This document shows, piece by piece, positions 47,583 to 57,656 of a stretch of 64,000 nucleotides of DNA (position 1 is the stretch's first letter; each line of letters starts with the position of its first letter). Both the position numbers and the translations under genes were made by a program. Under the pieces are notes generated by a model, which did not search any database, was not told where the DNA came from, and saw only the letters and a program-made list of their open reading frames with translations. Location of the stretch: NCBI GenBank assembly GCA_047150005.1, contig AP038806.1:1920001-1984000 (forward strand), in the 5' to 3' direction. The DNA is from Nitrospira sp. GTDB lineage: Bacteria > Nitrospirota > Nitrospiria > Nitrospirales > Nitrospiraceae.

Positions 47583-49298
47583 ATGAATACGGTTTCGAAA
47601 TCGAGTGAACAGCAGTTGGACCGCGACGCCTTGGCGGCGTTGTACGAAGAAACGTTCAAGAATCTCGAAGAGGGGACCATTACGGAGGGCCGTGTCGTCG
47701 CCCTCACGAAGGACAAGGTGGTCGTCGACATCGGCTACAAGTCCGAGGGGATGATTCCGAGCGATCAGTTTGCGGCGGAAGAGCTGCAGCAGCTCAAGAT
47801 CGGTGACCGCCTTCAAGTCTACATCGAGGAGTGCGAGGATGCGGACGGCAATCTCGTCTTGTCCAAAGAAAAAGCCGACAAGATGAAGATTTGGGAGGAA
47901 TTGGAGAAGTTATACAAGGAGGAAAAGAGCATCGACGGCAAGGTGGTCTCCCGGATCAAGGGGGGCATGATGGTGGACATCGGGGTGAAGGCCTTTCTGC
48001 CCGGTTCTCAGATCGATCTCCATCCGGTGCGCGACCTCGATGGATTGGTCGGCCGCACGTTTCCCATGAAGATCATCAAGATCAACCATCGTCGCGGCAA
48101 CGTGGTGGTGTCCCGGCGCGTGCTATTGGAGGAAACGAGAGACAAGAAGCGACAATCCACCCTTGCGACGCTCAAGGAGGGCCAGCTGATTCAGGGAATG
48201 GTCAAGAACATCACCGACTACGGCGCCTTCATTGACCTGGGTGGAATCGACGGGTTGCTGCACATCACCGATATGTCCTGGGGACGGGTGGGCCATCCCT
48301 CGGAAATGTTCAACGTGGGGGATCGGGTCGAGGTGAGCGTGCTGAAGTATGATCGGGAGACCGGCCGCATCTCGCTCGGTCTGAAGCAGAAGTCGGCCGA
48401 TCCTTGGACGAACGTCGCCGGCAAATATCCGATCGGCACGCGCGTGCGCGGCAAGGTTGTGAGCCTGACGGACTACGGCGCCTTCGTGGAACTCGAGCCG
48501 GGCGTGGAGGGGCTGGTGCACGTGTCGGAAATGTCATGGACTCACGAGGTGCGGCACCCGTCGCGTGTCGTGGCGATCGGAGACCAGGTCGAAGCGGCGG
48601 TGCTGAACGTGGATCCTGCCAGCCGGAAGATTTCGCTCGGCATGAAGCAGACCGCCCCTAATCCATGGGACATGGTGGAAAGTAAATATCCGATCGGAAC
48701 CAGGATCGAGGGAAAGGTCAAGAGCCTCACCGATTTCGGGGCGTTCGTCGGTCTGGACGAAGGTATCGACGGCTTGATCCACATCTCCGACATGTCCTGG
48801 ACCAAGCATATCAAGCATCCGTCCGAGTTGTTCAAGAAGGGTCAGAAGGTGGAAGCGGTCGTGCTTCGGATCGACAAGGAGAAGGAGCGACTTTCACTCG
48901 GCTATAAACAGCTGAGCCGTGACCCGTGGGACGACGAAATTCCCGGCCGCTACCGGGTGGGGGATTCCACAAGCGGGAAGGTCAGCAAGGTCGCAGACTT
49001 CGGGATCTTCGTCGAGTTGGAGGGTGGAGTCGAAGGGTTGATCCATGTCAGCGAGGCTGGACTCGATCCGAGCGCCAAACTCGAGGAGAAGTTCAAGCTG
49101 CAGGATGAAGTCGTGGCCAAGATCATCAAGGTGGATCGTGATGAGCGAAAAATCGCTCTGAGTCTTCGCGACCATCAGCTGGATTCGGAGCGCCGGCACG
49201 TGGACGAATATCATGCGGCCCAGGGGGCGCCGGATCAGAGTCTGGGACGGGCGGCCAAACAGAGCCGGAAGCGGGCCGCGGAGGACGACGAGAAGTAG
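47583..49298 (+). CDS. rpsA: 30S ribosomal protein S1
   Basis: Six S1 repeats (YGAFIDLGG, GLLHITDMSW and similar). Confidence 0.98.
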   Translation: MNTVSKSSEQQLDRDALAALYEETFKNLEEGTITEGRVVALTKDKVVVDIGYKSEGMIPSDQFAAEELQQLKIGDRLQVYIEECEDADGNLVLSKEKADKMKIWEELEKLYKEEKSIDGKVVSRIKGGMMVDIGVKAFLPGSQIDLHPVRDLDGLVGRTFPMKIIKINHRRGNVVVSRRVLLEETRDKKRQSTLATLKEGQLIQGMVKNITDYGAFIDLGGIDGLLHITDMSWGRVGHPSEMFNVGDRVEVSVLKYDRETGRISLGLKQKSADPWTNVAGKYPIGTRVRGKVVSLTDYGAFVELEPGVEGLVHVSEMSWTHEVRHPSRVVAIGDQVEAAVLNVDPASRKISLGMKQTAPNPWDMVESKYPIGTRIEGKVKSLTDFGAFVGLDEGIDGLIHISDMSWTKHIKHPSELFKKGQKVEAVVLRIDKEKERLSLGYKQLSRDPWDDEIPGRYRVGDSTSGKVSKVADFGIFVELEGGVEGLIHVSEAGLDPSAKLEEKFKLQDEVVAKIIKVDRDERKIALSLRDHQLDSERRHVDEYHAAQGAPDQSLGRAAKQSRKRAAEDDEK

Positions 49299-49310
49299 CT
49301 CACGATTGGC

Positions 49311-49337
49311 GCGGCGCCGCGATCCTCGCGGCGCCGC
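49311..49337. other. Perfect 12-bp GC hairpin after rpsA (no U-tract)
   Basis: GCGGCGCCGCGA-TCC-TCGCGGCGCCGC. Confidence 0.55.
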
Positions 49338-49355
49338 AGACCGTGAGTGATACAA

Positions 49356-50264
49356 ATGAGTGACACGATGGACCAGGGCTCAACGGCGAATGTAGGCAAG
49401 TGGCCCCTGAAGCGGAAAATCTTCTGGGGAGTTCTCGCGGTGATGGGGGTGATGCTCTTCATCAATATCTTTTTTCCGGATCTCGACTTTTCGACGGAAG
49501 ACCGGATCGCGCTCGTGCGCGTGGAAGGCGTCATCTTGGATTCACAATCGACGGTCACCGAACTCAAGCGCTTCGGAGAGAATCCTTCCGTCAAGGCCAT
49601 CGTGTTACGGATCGACAGTCCCGGCGGCGGCGTCGTCCCTTCACAGGAGATTTATGACGCCGTCCAGCGTGTGCGGAACAAGAACAGCAAAGCCGTCATC
49701 GCCTCCATGGGAACGGTTGCCGCGTCAGGCGGCTATTACATCGCGTCGGCGACGGACCGGATCATCGCCAACCCCGGGACGTTGACGGGTAGCATCGGGG
49801 TGATCATGGAAACGGCGAACGTCGAAGGCCTGTTGAAAAAGATCGGGGTTGAGGGGATCGTCGTCAAGAGCGGGAAATTCAAGGACGTGGGGTCTCCGCT
49901 GCGCAGAATGAGTGATGAAGAACGCGCGTTGCTGCAGTCCGTGATGGACGACGTGCACAAGCAATTTATCGATGCGGTGGCTGCGGGACGTGCGATGGAG
50001 CCTGCGGCGGTTCAAGCGCTTGCGGATGGCCGGATTTTCACAGGGCGTCAGGCCAAGGAGGCCAAGCTGGTCGATGAATTGGGCAATCTCGAGGACGCCA
50101 TTCAATTGGCTGCGGATTTGGTCGGCATTGAAGGTGAACCGAGAGTGGTTGAGCCGCGCCGGCGGTTTTCGATCAGAGAATTGATCGAATCCCGGCTTAC
50201 GGCGGTGTTGCCCAGGCTGGACTTCTATTCGGGGGTCAGTCTGAAGTACCTGATGGCGTTTTAA
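49356..50264 (+). CDS. sppA: Signal peptide peptidase SppA (36K type)
   Basis: RIDSPGG, AASGGYY, TGSIGV, KSGKFKD, GRIFTG. Confidence 0.93.
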   Translation: MSDTMDQGSTANVGKWPLKRKIFWGVLAVMGVMLFINIFFPDLDFSTEDRIALVRVEGVILDSQSTVTELKRFGENPSVKAIVLRIDSPGGGVVPSQEIYDAVQRVRNKNSKAVIASMGTVAASGGYYIASATDRIIANPGTLTGSIGVIMETANVEGLLKKIGVEGIVVKSGKFKDVGSPLRRMSDEERALLQSVMDDVHKQFIDAVAAGRAMEPAAVQALADGRIFTGRQAKEAKLVDELGNLEDAIQLAADLVGIEGEPRVVEPRRRFSIRELIESRLTAVLPRLDFYSGVSLKYLMAF

Positions 50265-50311
50265 CGCGGCCGATATAGCGACGCCGTATCGAAGCGAAAG
50301 GGGAATCGGAT

Positions 50312-50590
50312 ATGACGAAAGCCCAAATCATTGAACGGGTCTCCGAGCAGGTGACGACCTTGACGAAGCGGCAGGCCGAAATCGTCGTCAACACGATATT
50401 CGACTGTGTACGAGACTCCTTGAAAAACGGCGACAAAACAGAAATCCGCGGGTTTGGGAGCTTTCGCCTCAGGGCTCGGCGCATGAAGGAAGGCCGTAAC
50501 CCGAAGACCGGAGCGACGGTGGCCGTGCCCGCCAAGAAAGTGCCGTTCTTCAAGGCCGGCAAGGAACTCAAAGAACTGCTTAATCAGTAG
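50312..50590 (+). CDS. ihfB: Integration host factor beta / HU-family protein
   Basis: EIRGFGSF, GRNPKTG, PFFKAGKELKE; rpsA-sppA-ihfB context. Confidence 0.85.
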   Translation: MTKAQIIERVSEQVTTLTKRQAEIVVNTIFDCVRDSLKNGDKTEIRGFGSFRLRARRMKEGRNPKTGATVAVPAKKVPFFKAGKELKELLNQ

Positions 50591-50602
50591 GGAGTACAAT
50601 CC

Positions 50603-51604
50603 ATGAGCGCACCGGATGCCGACGATATCGCTGTGACCGATGTACGCTGGACCGACGGCGCATTGAAGCGCATGGATCGCGCCCCGGTGTTCCTTCGGGG
50701 CATGGTCCGCCGCCTCGCCGAAAAGAAGGCCAGGGAGCTGGGTCTGGCGGAAATTACGGAAACCACGCTGGATCAGTTCAAGAATCAGATGATGGGGCGA
50801 ATGGGCGGCGAATCGGGAATGGCCGATGCTGCTGCCCAGATGGAACAGGGGCAGCTGCCTTGGACTGCTGCGGCCAAGGAGCGGCTGAATACCGTTCCGG
50901 AGTTCATGCGGGCCATGATCAAGCAGATCGCGGAGGAGGTCGCCAGGGAAGGGGGGCACCTTGAGGTCAACATCGACCTATTCGAAAAGGTCGAAGCGCT
51001 GGGAGACATGCGCGAGAGCACCGCGGCTGCCTTGCCCTGGACGGAGGAGGCTCTGGCCGCACTCCATGAGAAGGTCAAGCAGTCGCCTCCGATCGCCGTC
51101 GAGTTCGTGACCGACATGCTGAAACATGATACCGAAGATCTCGCGCGAGAGAAGGGCCTCACCCAGATTACAGGCGATGTTCTCAAAGATTTATGGGATG
51201 GGCCACAGGAACGGGTTGCCTGGACCGACGAGGCTTGGAAGCGGTTGCAGACGTCACCGGACTTCGTCCGGAGCGGAATTCGCAAAGCCGCGGAACGACG
51301 AGCCAGAAAATTGGGACTCAAGGAAATCGACTCGGACCACCTCACGACATTTCGCAATCAGGCAATGATGAAGGCGGTCAAACGCATCCGCTCATTCGGC
51401 TACAACGAATTGACCTTCGACGCATTCGACACGGCGCTGGAGAAGACGAAACGTCTCAGGGGAAATGAACAAGCTGAATTACGGCTCAAAGAAATCCGAG
51501 GGCATTTTGCCGATCCGGAAACCAAGAAGCCCGAAGGCGGAACGCTTGGAGCCGAGTTGATGGACCGCTTTCGACGGTATCTCAAAGGGGAGGGCACGCT
51601 CTGA
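50603..51604 (+). CDS. Protein with four PCP_red-like repeats
   Basis: Repeats begin WTDGA, WTAAA, WTEEA and WTDEA, each followed by L..xP.F/I and an (E/K)xxARxxG-like segment. Confidence 0.75.
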   Translation: MSAPDADDIAVTDVRWTDGALKRMDRAPVFLRGMVRRLAEKKARELGLAEITETTLDQFKNQMMGRMGGESGMADAAAQMEQGQLPWTAAAKERLNTVPEFMRAMIKQIAEEVAREGGHLEVNIDLFEKVEALGDMRESTAAALPWTEEALAALHEKVKQSPPIAVEFVTDMLKHDTEDLAREKGLTQITGDVLKDLWDGPQERVAWTDEAWKRLQTSPDFVRSGIRKAAERRARKLGLKEIDSDHLTTFRNQAMMKAVKRIRSFGYNELTFDAFDTALEKTKRLRGNEQAELRLKEIRGHFADPETKKPEGGTLGAELMDRFRRYLKGEGTL

Positions 51605-51626
51605 AGGAGCGTGCCCTCCTCTTCCC
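51589..51626 (+). terminator. Probable intrinsic terminator overlapping the stop codon
   Basis: GGAGGGCACGCTC-TGAAG-GAGCGTGCCCTCC (13-bp stem) followed by TCTT. Confidence 0.55.
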
Positions 51627-51715
51627 GAGCGGCTCTGGACCGCGCGGGGTTGCCGAACGGCGCCCCCGTGCGAGAGCGGAAACCAGAGCAGAGTCGGTGA
51701 CTTGTTGGGGCAAGT

Positions 51716-52036
51716 TCAGGTCGTAGCGGCCTGTTTGGGCCAAAACTTGTGGCGGATCTGCGGCAGCGGCTCGTTGTCGAAGTTCGGGATGTCGTAAAGG
51801 CAGCGGTCAATCAGCGCCACTTCCTCTTCGGTTAACTCGAGCGTCACGCGTTTCTTCCAGAACTGGTCGAGGGTAAAGTAATCTCCGGACTGAGGTTTCT
51901 CCGCCAGAAAGGCCTTCATTTTCACGAACCCTGCGGTATCTACTCCGGAAATGCGGCCCTTGTTTCGATCGTGACACCAGTGCAGGACCTCGGCGATACC
52001 ATACATAGTGATGTCGACTTTCACGGTCTTACTCAT
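51716..52036 (-). CDS. Hypothetical protein (106 aa)
   Basis: Strong AAGGAGGAG RBS and a clean ORF. Confidence 0.7.
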   Translation of the reverse strand: MSKTVKVDITMYGIAEVLHWCHDRNKGRISGVDTAGFVKMKAFLAEKPQSGDYFTLDQFWKKRVTLELTEEEVALIDRCLYDIPNFDNEPLPQIRHKFWPKQAATT

Positions 52037-52148
52037 GGTGCTCCTCCTTGGAAGGGTAGTAGTCTACCCCAGGTGACGTCCCATTTTCAAAGCCTTTGAG
52101 CAGTGGGCCCGGTTATTGTGGCGGCATCATCCGCTGCATCCGGAATGA

Positions 52149-53459
52149 TTGTCAGACAAGGACTCGGTCAGTATACTCACCTTCTTGCTTCGAACCATGC
52201 CATTTTTTCGTCACTATTCTCGGGGAGCTCGCTCCAGGTGGATCGGGGTTGCGGCGGCGCCCTGGCACAGGTCGGTCCTGACCGGCCGGCGACTTCTAGC
52301 GTCCGTGGCGTTCTTGGTCGGCGGCCTTTCGATCATCCTTGCCGCGCTTGCCTGTTCAAAGCAGGATCCGTACGTGCCGCCGGATCTCCTGTACTACTTC
52401 GCCAGTTACAAAGTGGGAAAGAATCCGACGACGGTCACGACCATGGACGTGAACCAGGACGGGTTGACCGATCTGGTCACAACGAACATTGCGAGCGACA
52501 CGTTATCCATTCTCATGGGGAACGGAGACGGTACCTTTCGCGATCAATTACAGCTGCACGTGTGCCAAGAACCGCGATCCCTCGCGACCGGAGCGTTCAA
52601 TGCCGACGTCTATCCTGACATCGTGCTTGCTTGTTCGGGAAGCGATCAGATTGCCGTCCTGTTCGGTCGCGCCGACGGGAAATTCGATGAAGGCCCACAG
52701 TACCCGGTCCATAGAACGCCCGTCGCCGTGGCGAGTGACGACTTGAACGGCGACCACGCCGCTGATTTGGTCGTCGCGCTGAGAAACGACAAAGTGAAAA
52801 TTTTTCTGGGTACCGGCAACGGAGAGTTCAAGCACGGACCGCAGTATGAGTACGGCGATACCCCGACTTCCGTCGCATTGTCGGACTTGAATCGCGACTC
52901 TATCGTGGACATGGTCGTCACAAACGGCGGCCCGATGTCCAATGCCGTATCGGTCTGGATCGGGAACGGCGACGGAACGTTCCGCATGCCGATCGATTAT
53001 AAATCGGGGAAACGACCTCTTGGGGTCAGTTTCGCCGACTTCAACAGCGACAAGATCCGCGACCTCCTGGTGATCAACGGTGAGCGCGACAGCTTTTCAA
53101 CATTTCTGGGAAACGGCAACGGCACGTTTCAGCCTGGCCGCGACTCCGGGGCGGATGCAGGTCCGAATTTCGGTCTGGCGCGTGATTTCAATGGAGACCA
53201 GCGCGCGGATGTGGCCATCGTTAATCTTCAGTCCAACGACCTGTCGATTCTCTTCGGCCGGGGGGACGGGACCTTTGAATATCCTCCGAGGAACTACAAG
53301 ACCAAACCAGGTCCGTTCGCCGTCGCCGTATTTCGTGCGACGACAAAGGAAGCCGAGGAGCCCGGGCTCGTGACGGCGGATAACGGGGCCGGGACCCTGT
53401 CGATTTTCCTGCACCGCGGCCTGAAAGCGACGGCGTTCCCTAAAGCCGCCGTGCCGTGA
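52149..53459 (+). CDS. FG-GAP/VCBS repeat lipoprotein
   Basis: LAC lipobox; repeated D(V/L/F)NxDxxxDLV...GNGDGTF units. Start uncertain. Confidence 0.85.
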   Translation: MSDKDSVSILTFLLRTMPFFRHYSRGARSRWIGVAAAPWHRSVLTGRRLLASVAFLVGGLSIILAALACSKQDPYVPPDLLYYFASYKVGKNPTTVTTMDVNQDGLTDLVTTNIASDTLSILMGNGDGTFRDQLQLHVCQEPRSLATGAFNADVYPDIVLACSGSDQIAVLFGRADGKFDEGPQYPVHRTPVAVASDDLNGDHAADLVVALRNDKVKIFLGTGNGEFKHGPQYEYGDTPTSVALSDLNRDSIVDMVVTNGGPMSNAVSVWIGNGDGTFRMPIDYKSGKRPLGVSFADFNSDKIRDLLVINGERDSFSTFLGNGNGTFQPGRDSGADAGPNFGLARDFNGDQRADVAIVNLQSNDLSILFGRGDGTFEYPPRNYKTKPGPFAVAVFRATTKEAEEPGLVTADNGAGTLSIFLHRGLKATAFPKAAVP

Positions 53460-53596
53460 TCGCTGTGCCGGCGTGGACATCATCATACGACCGAAACCAC
53501 AGAATCGAATCGAGCCTCTGCTTGACTCTCCGAAGACCGTCCGCTAGAGTGGCCGACAGGCGCGGTTTTGCGGTGTTGCGCCGTAGCTGAGGCGCG

Positions 53597-53800
53597 GTGG
53601 TGAGATCGTTCACATGGTGGTTCGCGATCGGCGCGCTGCTCACGCTTTCGGTACTGATGGTGCAGGGAGGCGTGCGGGACCTGATCGACGGAACCCATCC
53701 GGCGGGAGGTGCAAATCCCTACCTCTCGTTCGGCACGACGATTTTCGGCGGGGGCCTACTGGCAGGGTGTCTCGCGTTGGTCATGAAACGGATCGGATGA
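53597..53800 (+). CDS. Small two-TM membrane protein
   Basis: Two hydrophobic helices; TTGACT-N17-TAGAGT promoter at 53522-53550. Confidence 0.55.
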   Translation: MVRSFTWWFAIGALLTLSVLMVQGGVRDLIDGTHPAGGANPYLSFGTTIFGGGLLAGCLALVMKRIG

Positions 53801-53827
53801 CCGCCTCGTGGCACGTCAAGGTTTTCG

Positions 53828-54016
53828 ATGCATTGCCTTAAATGTCAAGGCTTCATGATGATCGAGCGTCACTATACTCTGGTGAATCGTCGTCTCTACG
53901 CTCGCTGTTTGAACTGCGGATTTTGGATCGATCTTGCCGACCTCCTTCGTTTCTTCCATAAAGTCATCGACAGCGGATTCCGCGGCAGCAAAGTGCGGGA
54001 GTCATTCACATTGTAG
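53828..54016 (+). CDS. Small Zn-ribbon protein
   Basis: MHCLKCQG...RCLNCG (two CxxC). Confidence 0.6.
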   Translation: MHCLKCQGFMMIERHYTLVNRRLYARCLNCGFWIDLADLLRFFHKVIDSGFRGSKVRESFTL

Positions 54017-54026
54017 TCAGGGGGCG

Positions 54027-54953
54027 ATGACGGCCATGCGCGCGCGGAGTTCAGGACTGATTCTGTGGCCTCGCTTCGTCGCGGCGGTACTCTGCTGGGG
54101 GATCCTGATCACGGGGTTGACGGGCATCACGCCGTCGCCGACGGAAGCCAAGCGCGCTTCGGTTTCGTCCAGGCCGGCCCATGCTTCGGGCGCCGACGGC
54201 ACAGCGCTTCCCTGGCGACGCGTCCCCGCCCACAGCATTCTGTTAAAGGAACTCAACAGCGGGCGTGTTCTGTATGAGCACGAATCTGGCAAGCGGCTCT
54301 CGCCGGCGAGCCTGACGAAGATCATGTCGGCGCTGGTAATCCTCGAGCGAGGCCGCTTGGACGATCTGGTCACCGTAAGCCCGACGGCCGCGCGCGCACA
54401 TAAGATTCATCTCCGGCTCAAGCCGGGCCAAGTGTTTCGGCTCGAGGATCTTCTGAAGGGCATGCTCATCATGTCAGCGAACGATGCCTGCCTGGCGGCA
54501 GTCGAACATGTCGGCGGAGACGAATCGCAATTCGTGTCGCTCATGAATGCCAAGGCGAGCGCTCTCGGATTGTCGGACACGCATTTCAGCAATGCCTGCG
54601 GCTTCGATCATTCCGATCACTATTCGACCGCCGAAGATCTGGCGCGCTTGAGTGTCATCGCGCTCGAGCAGCCGACTTTCCGCCGGTTGGTTCGCGAAGA
54701 ACGAGCGATCATCATGCCGATCAACGGTACGCATGCCCACGTGCTGCACAACACCAACCGATTGCTTGGCCGCATTCCCGGCGTTGAGGGAGTAAAGACC
54801 GGTTTTACGTCCAAGGCCGGACGGTGTCTGATTGCAAAAGTGTCCCAGAACGGCAGCGACCTGCTGCTCGTCATTCTCAATTCCAATCGCCGGTGGAACA
54901 CCGCAATGAGCCTAATCAACTACGGCCTTCGCACGTCCGATTCCATTCGCTAG
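54027..54953 (+). CDS. D-alanyl-D-alanine carboxypeptidase (S11)
   Basis: PASLTKIM (SxxK), SAND (SxN), VKTGFT (KTG). Confidence 0.92.
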   Translation: MTAMRARSSGLILWPRFVAAVLCWGILITGLTGITPSPTEAKRASVSSRPAHASGADGTALPWRRVPAHSILLKELNSGRVLYEHESGKRLSPASLTKIMSALVILERGRLDDLVTVSPTAARAHKIHLRLKPGQVFRLEDLLKGMLIMSANDACLAAVEHVGGDESQFVSLMNAKASALGLSDTHFSNACGFDHSDHYSTAEDLARLSVIALEQPTFRRLVREERAIIMPINGTHAHVLHNTNRLLGRIPGVEGVKTGFTSKAGRCLIAKVSQNGSDLLLVILNSNRRWNTAMSLINYGLRTSDSIR

Positions 54954-55064
54954 TCGCTCACCATCGTCATGGATCTCGGCTCGGTTGCGCGTGGTCGTGA
55001 GATCGTGATGTATATCGGGCTATCTCCAGCCTGGAGGAGGGCTGCATGCAAGGAGGAACGCGGA

Positions 55065-55598
55065 CTAGCGGAGCGGGGAAAACTCAATATTCACGTCTTT
55101 CCCCAGGTAGTTGATGACGAATCCCTGTTTGTCATAAGCAAGGACGGCTCCCATGACATTCTCGTCACCGTAATCTTCCTGGCCGAGCAACTTCCGAACA
55201 TCTTCAGGACTCTCACTGTTGAGGACGTTTCGGAAGACACCGCGCGTCTTATAGGCAAATCTGTTGTTCACGAAGATAAGGTCGACTTTCCCGTCCTGGA
55301 CCCGCACACCGGCCATCGGACCGGTCGGTTTTCTCTGATCGAGGAGAAAAATAAACAAGGCTTCCTGCTCGACCTTCACGCCGGGGATCTTCTCGTTAAC
55401 CAACACATCGAGGGCCTTCGCCTCGCTGTCGCCGAGTTTGACTCCAAACAGGGATACCTCGGAACTCTTGATGTTCTTGGCATCCATCACATCGTTCTTG
55501 CTTAATTCATAGGGTTCCGCGAATCCGGCCGAAACGGACACGCAGACGGCGGCCAAGGACATACAGGTCAGCATCACGGCTCGCACCATCGCGCTCAT
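55065..55598 (-). CDS. Secreted hypothetical protein
   Basis: AAGGAGGA RBS and a signal peptide. Confidence 0.7.
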   Translation of the reverse strand: MSAMVRAVMLTCMSLAAVCVSVSAGFAEPYELSKNDVMDAKNIKSSEVSLFGVKLGDSEAKALDVLVNEKIPGVKVEQEALFIFLLDQRKPTGPMAGVRVQDGKVDLIFVNNRFAYKTRGVFRNVLNSESPEDVRKLLGQEDYGDENVMGAVLAYDKQGFVINYLGKDVNIEFSPLR

Positions 55599-55738
55599 TC
55601 ATTCCTCCTTGACGCACAGACCCGTATGACTGTGGGAATCCAATACATCAGTGCGGGGGCACATGAACGGGCTCATTCTAACGAAGGAAAGAGGTAACTT
55701 GCAAGGAAAGGCTTGGATTCCTGAATGGTTAGCTTCAT

Positions 55739-55915
55739 ATGAGGCTCGTCGCTTCAAGAGCGCATGTGAGAATGACAACATCGGAGGAGGAATTCGAAGC
55801 ATTGGTGGAGCATCTTGTGACAGCGCTCAATGCTCTGAGGGTACCGCCTCGTGAGCAACAAGAGCTGCTTGCCATTCTGACTCCCATGAAGAAAGACATT
55901 GTCGAGTTTCCGTAG
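55739..55915 (+). pseudogene. C-terminal remnant of a group I truncated haemoglobin
   Basis: Manual translation MRLVASRAHVRMTTSEEEFEALVEHLVTALNALRVPPREQQELLAILTPMKKDIVEFP resembles the F-G-H helices of 2/2 haemoglobins. An in-frame stop lies just upstream. Confidence 0.6.
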
Positions 55916-55967
55916 AGCGAGGTGGGGGGGACACGGCATCAAGGCTCCTCCTGACCAGACCACAGAA

Positions 55968-56252
55968 TCATGTCGTGATCAACAGGAGGGTCCCCAGTTC
56001 CCGCAGCCGGTTAAAGTAGGAGCGACATTCATCATTGATCTCGATTTCGAGGGCGTCCAGTTCAACAAGGCAGTCGCTCACGATGGCTCGTCGCTGTTCA
56101 TCGAGCGCTTCTTCTCCGTCGAGCACATGGACGACGCATCCGCTGATGACCGTGTCCAAGGTCATCAGGGGACCTTCTTGGTCTGTTTCGATATGAGGCC
56201 ACTCGTCGTTCTTATGCGCCTGCCAAAGGTTGATAAGCATCTCTCGGTTCAT
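55968..56252 (-). CDS. Hypothetical helical protein
   Basis: 94-aa ORF downstream of gdh with protein-like composition. Confidence 0.55.
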   Translation of the reverse strand: MNREMLINLWQAHKNDEWPHIETDQEGPLMTLDTVISGCVVHVLDGEEALDEQRRAIVSDCLVELDALEIEINDECRSYFNRLRELGTLLLITT

Positions 56253-56399
56253 GACATGCCTGGGCGACTCGATCGTCGGAGAGGCGTTCACCCTATCCGA
56301 TAGCGCCGTCCATCCGCAAGCGCGCGGCCGGTCGTCCTCGCGCCTCGCCTCCAAGACCTCTGTCGCATCGTCTCCCAGGGATCCTGCGGAGGGACTTCC

Positions 56400-57656
56400 T
56401 TACGGGTACAATCCTCGGTGCCGGTGCGCCTGAGCCACTTTGTCGATCCCGCTCATGAGGGCCGCCATGCGCATCGATGTATGTTTGGCCTCCGCGAATC
56501 GTAGAGTCCGTTGGAACGCTGCGGTCATCAAGTCGTGCAACCGTTCCTGGATGTCCGATGCCTTCCAAAAAAAGCGCTGGGCATCCTGCACCCACTCAAA
56601 ATACGAAACGATCACGCCTCCCGAATTGGCCAAGATATCCGGTATGACAAAGACTCCCTTGTCCTGGACGATCCGGTCCGCTTCCAGAGTGGTCGGACCG
56701 TTGGCGCCTTCGGCCAGGATCCGGCAACGGAGCTTTGAGGCGTTGCGACCCGTAATCTGTTCGGAAAGCGCGGCCGGCACAAGCACGGTACAGTCAAGTT
56801 GCAGGAGTTCGTCGTTCGAAAGCGCGTCACCCAGCTTGGTTTCACTCAGTGGGATGCCTGCCTCCTTATAGCGGGCGAGCAGCAACGGGATGTCCAGACC
56901 TTTCGGATTGTAAATGCCCCCGCGGACGTCGCTGACAGCGATGACCCGGGCCCCGCATTCGCTTATGATGCGCGCCGTATGTGCGCCGACATTACCGAAT
57001 CCTTGAATGACCACCGTGGCGTTACGAATGTCCAAGTTGAGATGGCGGAGAGCTTCGAGCGTGACATAGACCACCCCACGCCCGGTGGCCTCCTCTCGCC
57101 CGAGGCTCCCACCGATAGAAAGAGGTTTCCCGGTCACGACTCCCGGCACGGCATAGCCGACCTGCTGGCTATAGGTGTCCATGATCCATGCCATCACTTG
57201 CGCGTCGGTCCCCACGTCCGGCGCGGGGACATCCTTGTCGGGACCGATGAAGGGAAGAATCTCGGCGGCATAGCGACGCGTCAAGCGCTGCAATTCGCCG
57301 CGGGTCAATTGCTTGGGATTTATGGCGACTCCTCCCTTGGCCCCGCCGTAAGGTAAATCGGCCAGCGCGCATTTCCAGGTCATCCACATCGCCAGCGCGG
57401 CGACCTCTCCGAGATTGACGTCGGGGTGGTAGCGGATTCCCCCTTTCGACGGCCCGCGTGACGTGTCGTGCTGCACACGGTAGCCGGTAAAGACTTCAAC
57501 TCTGCCGTCATCCATACGAACAGGAATACTGACGACCAGCGAACGCTGCGGACATTTGAGCCGCTCCCGCAAATTCGGGTCCAAGCCCATGCTCTCTGCC
57601 GCCTGATCGAATTGCGCGACGGCCAGACGGAAGGTAGGGGTGTCCAGTTCATGCAT
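56400..57656 (-). CDS. gdhA: Glu/Leu/Phe/Val dehydrogenase (glutamate dehydrogenase-like)
   Basis: GPSKGGIRY, MTWK, GGAKGG, DVPAPD, QGFGNVG, EGANGP, NSGGVIVSYFEW. Confidence 0.9.
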   Translation of the reverse strand: MHELDTPTFRLAVAQFDQAAESMGLDPNLRERLKCPQRSLVVSIPVRMDDGRVEVFTGYRVQHDTSRGPSKGGIRYHPDVNLGEVAALAMWMTWKCALADLPYGGAKGGVAINPKQLTRGELQRLTRRYAAEILPFIGPDKDVPAPDVGTDAQVMAWIMDTYSQQVGYAVPGVVTGKPLSIGGSLGREEATGRGVVYVTLEALRHLNLDIRNATVVIQGFGNVGAHTARIISECGARVIAVSDVRGGIYNPKGLDIPLLLARYKEAGIPLSETKLGDALSNDELLQLDCTVLVPAALSEQITGRNASKLRCRILAEGANGPTTLEADRIVQDKGVFVIPDILANSGGVIVSYFEWVQDAQRFFWKASDIQERLHDLMTAAFQRTLRFAEAKHTSMRMAALMSGIDKVAQAHRHRGLYP

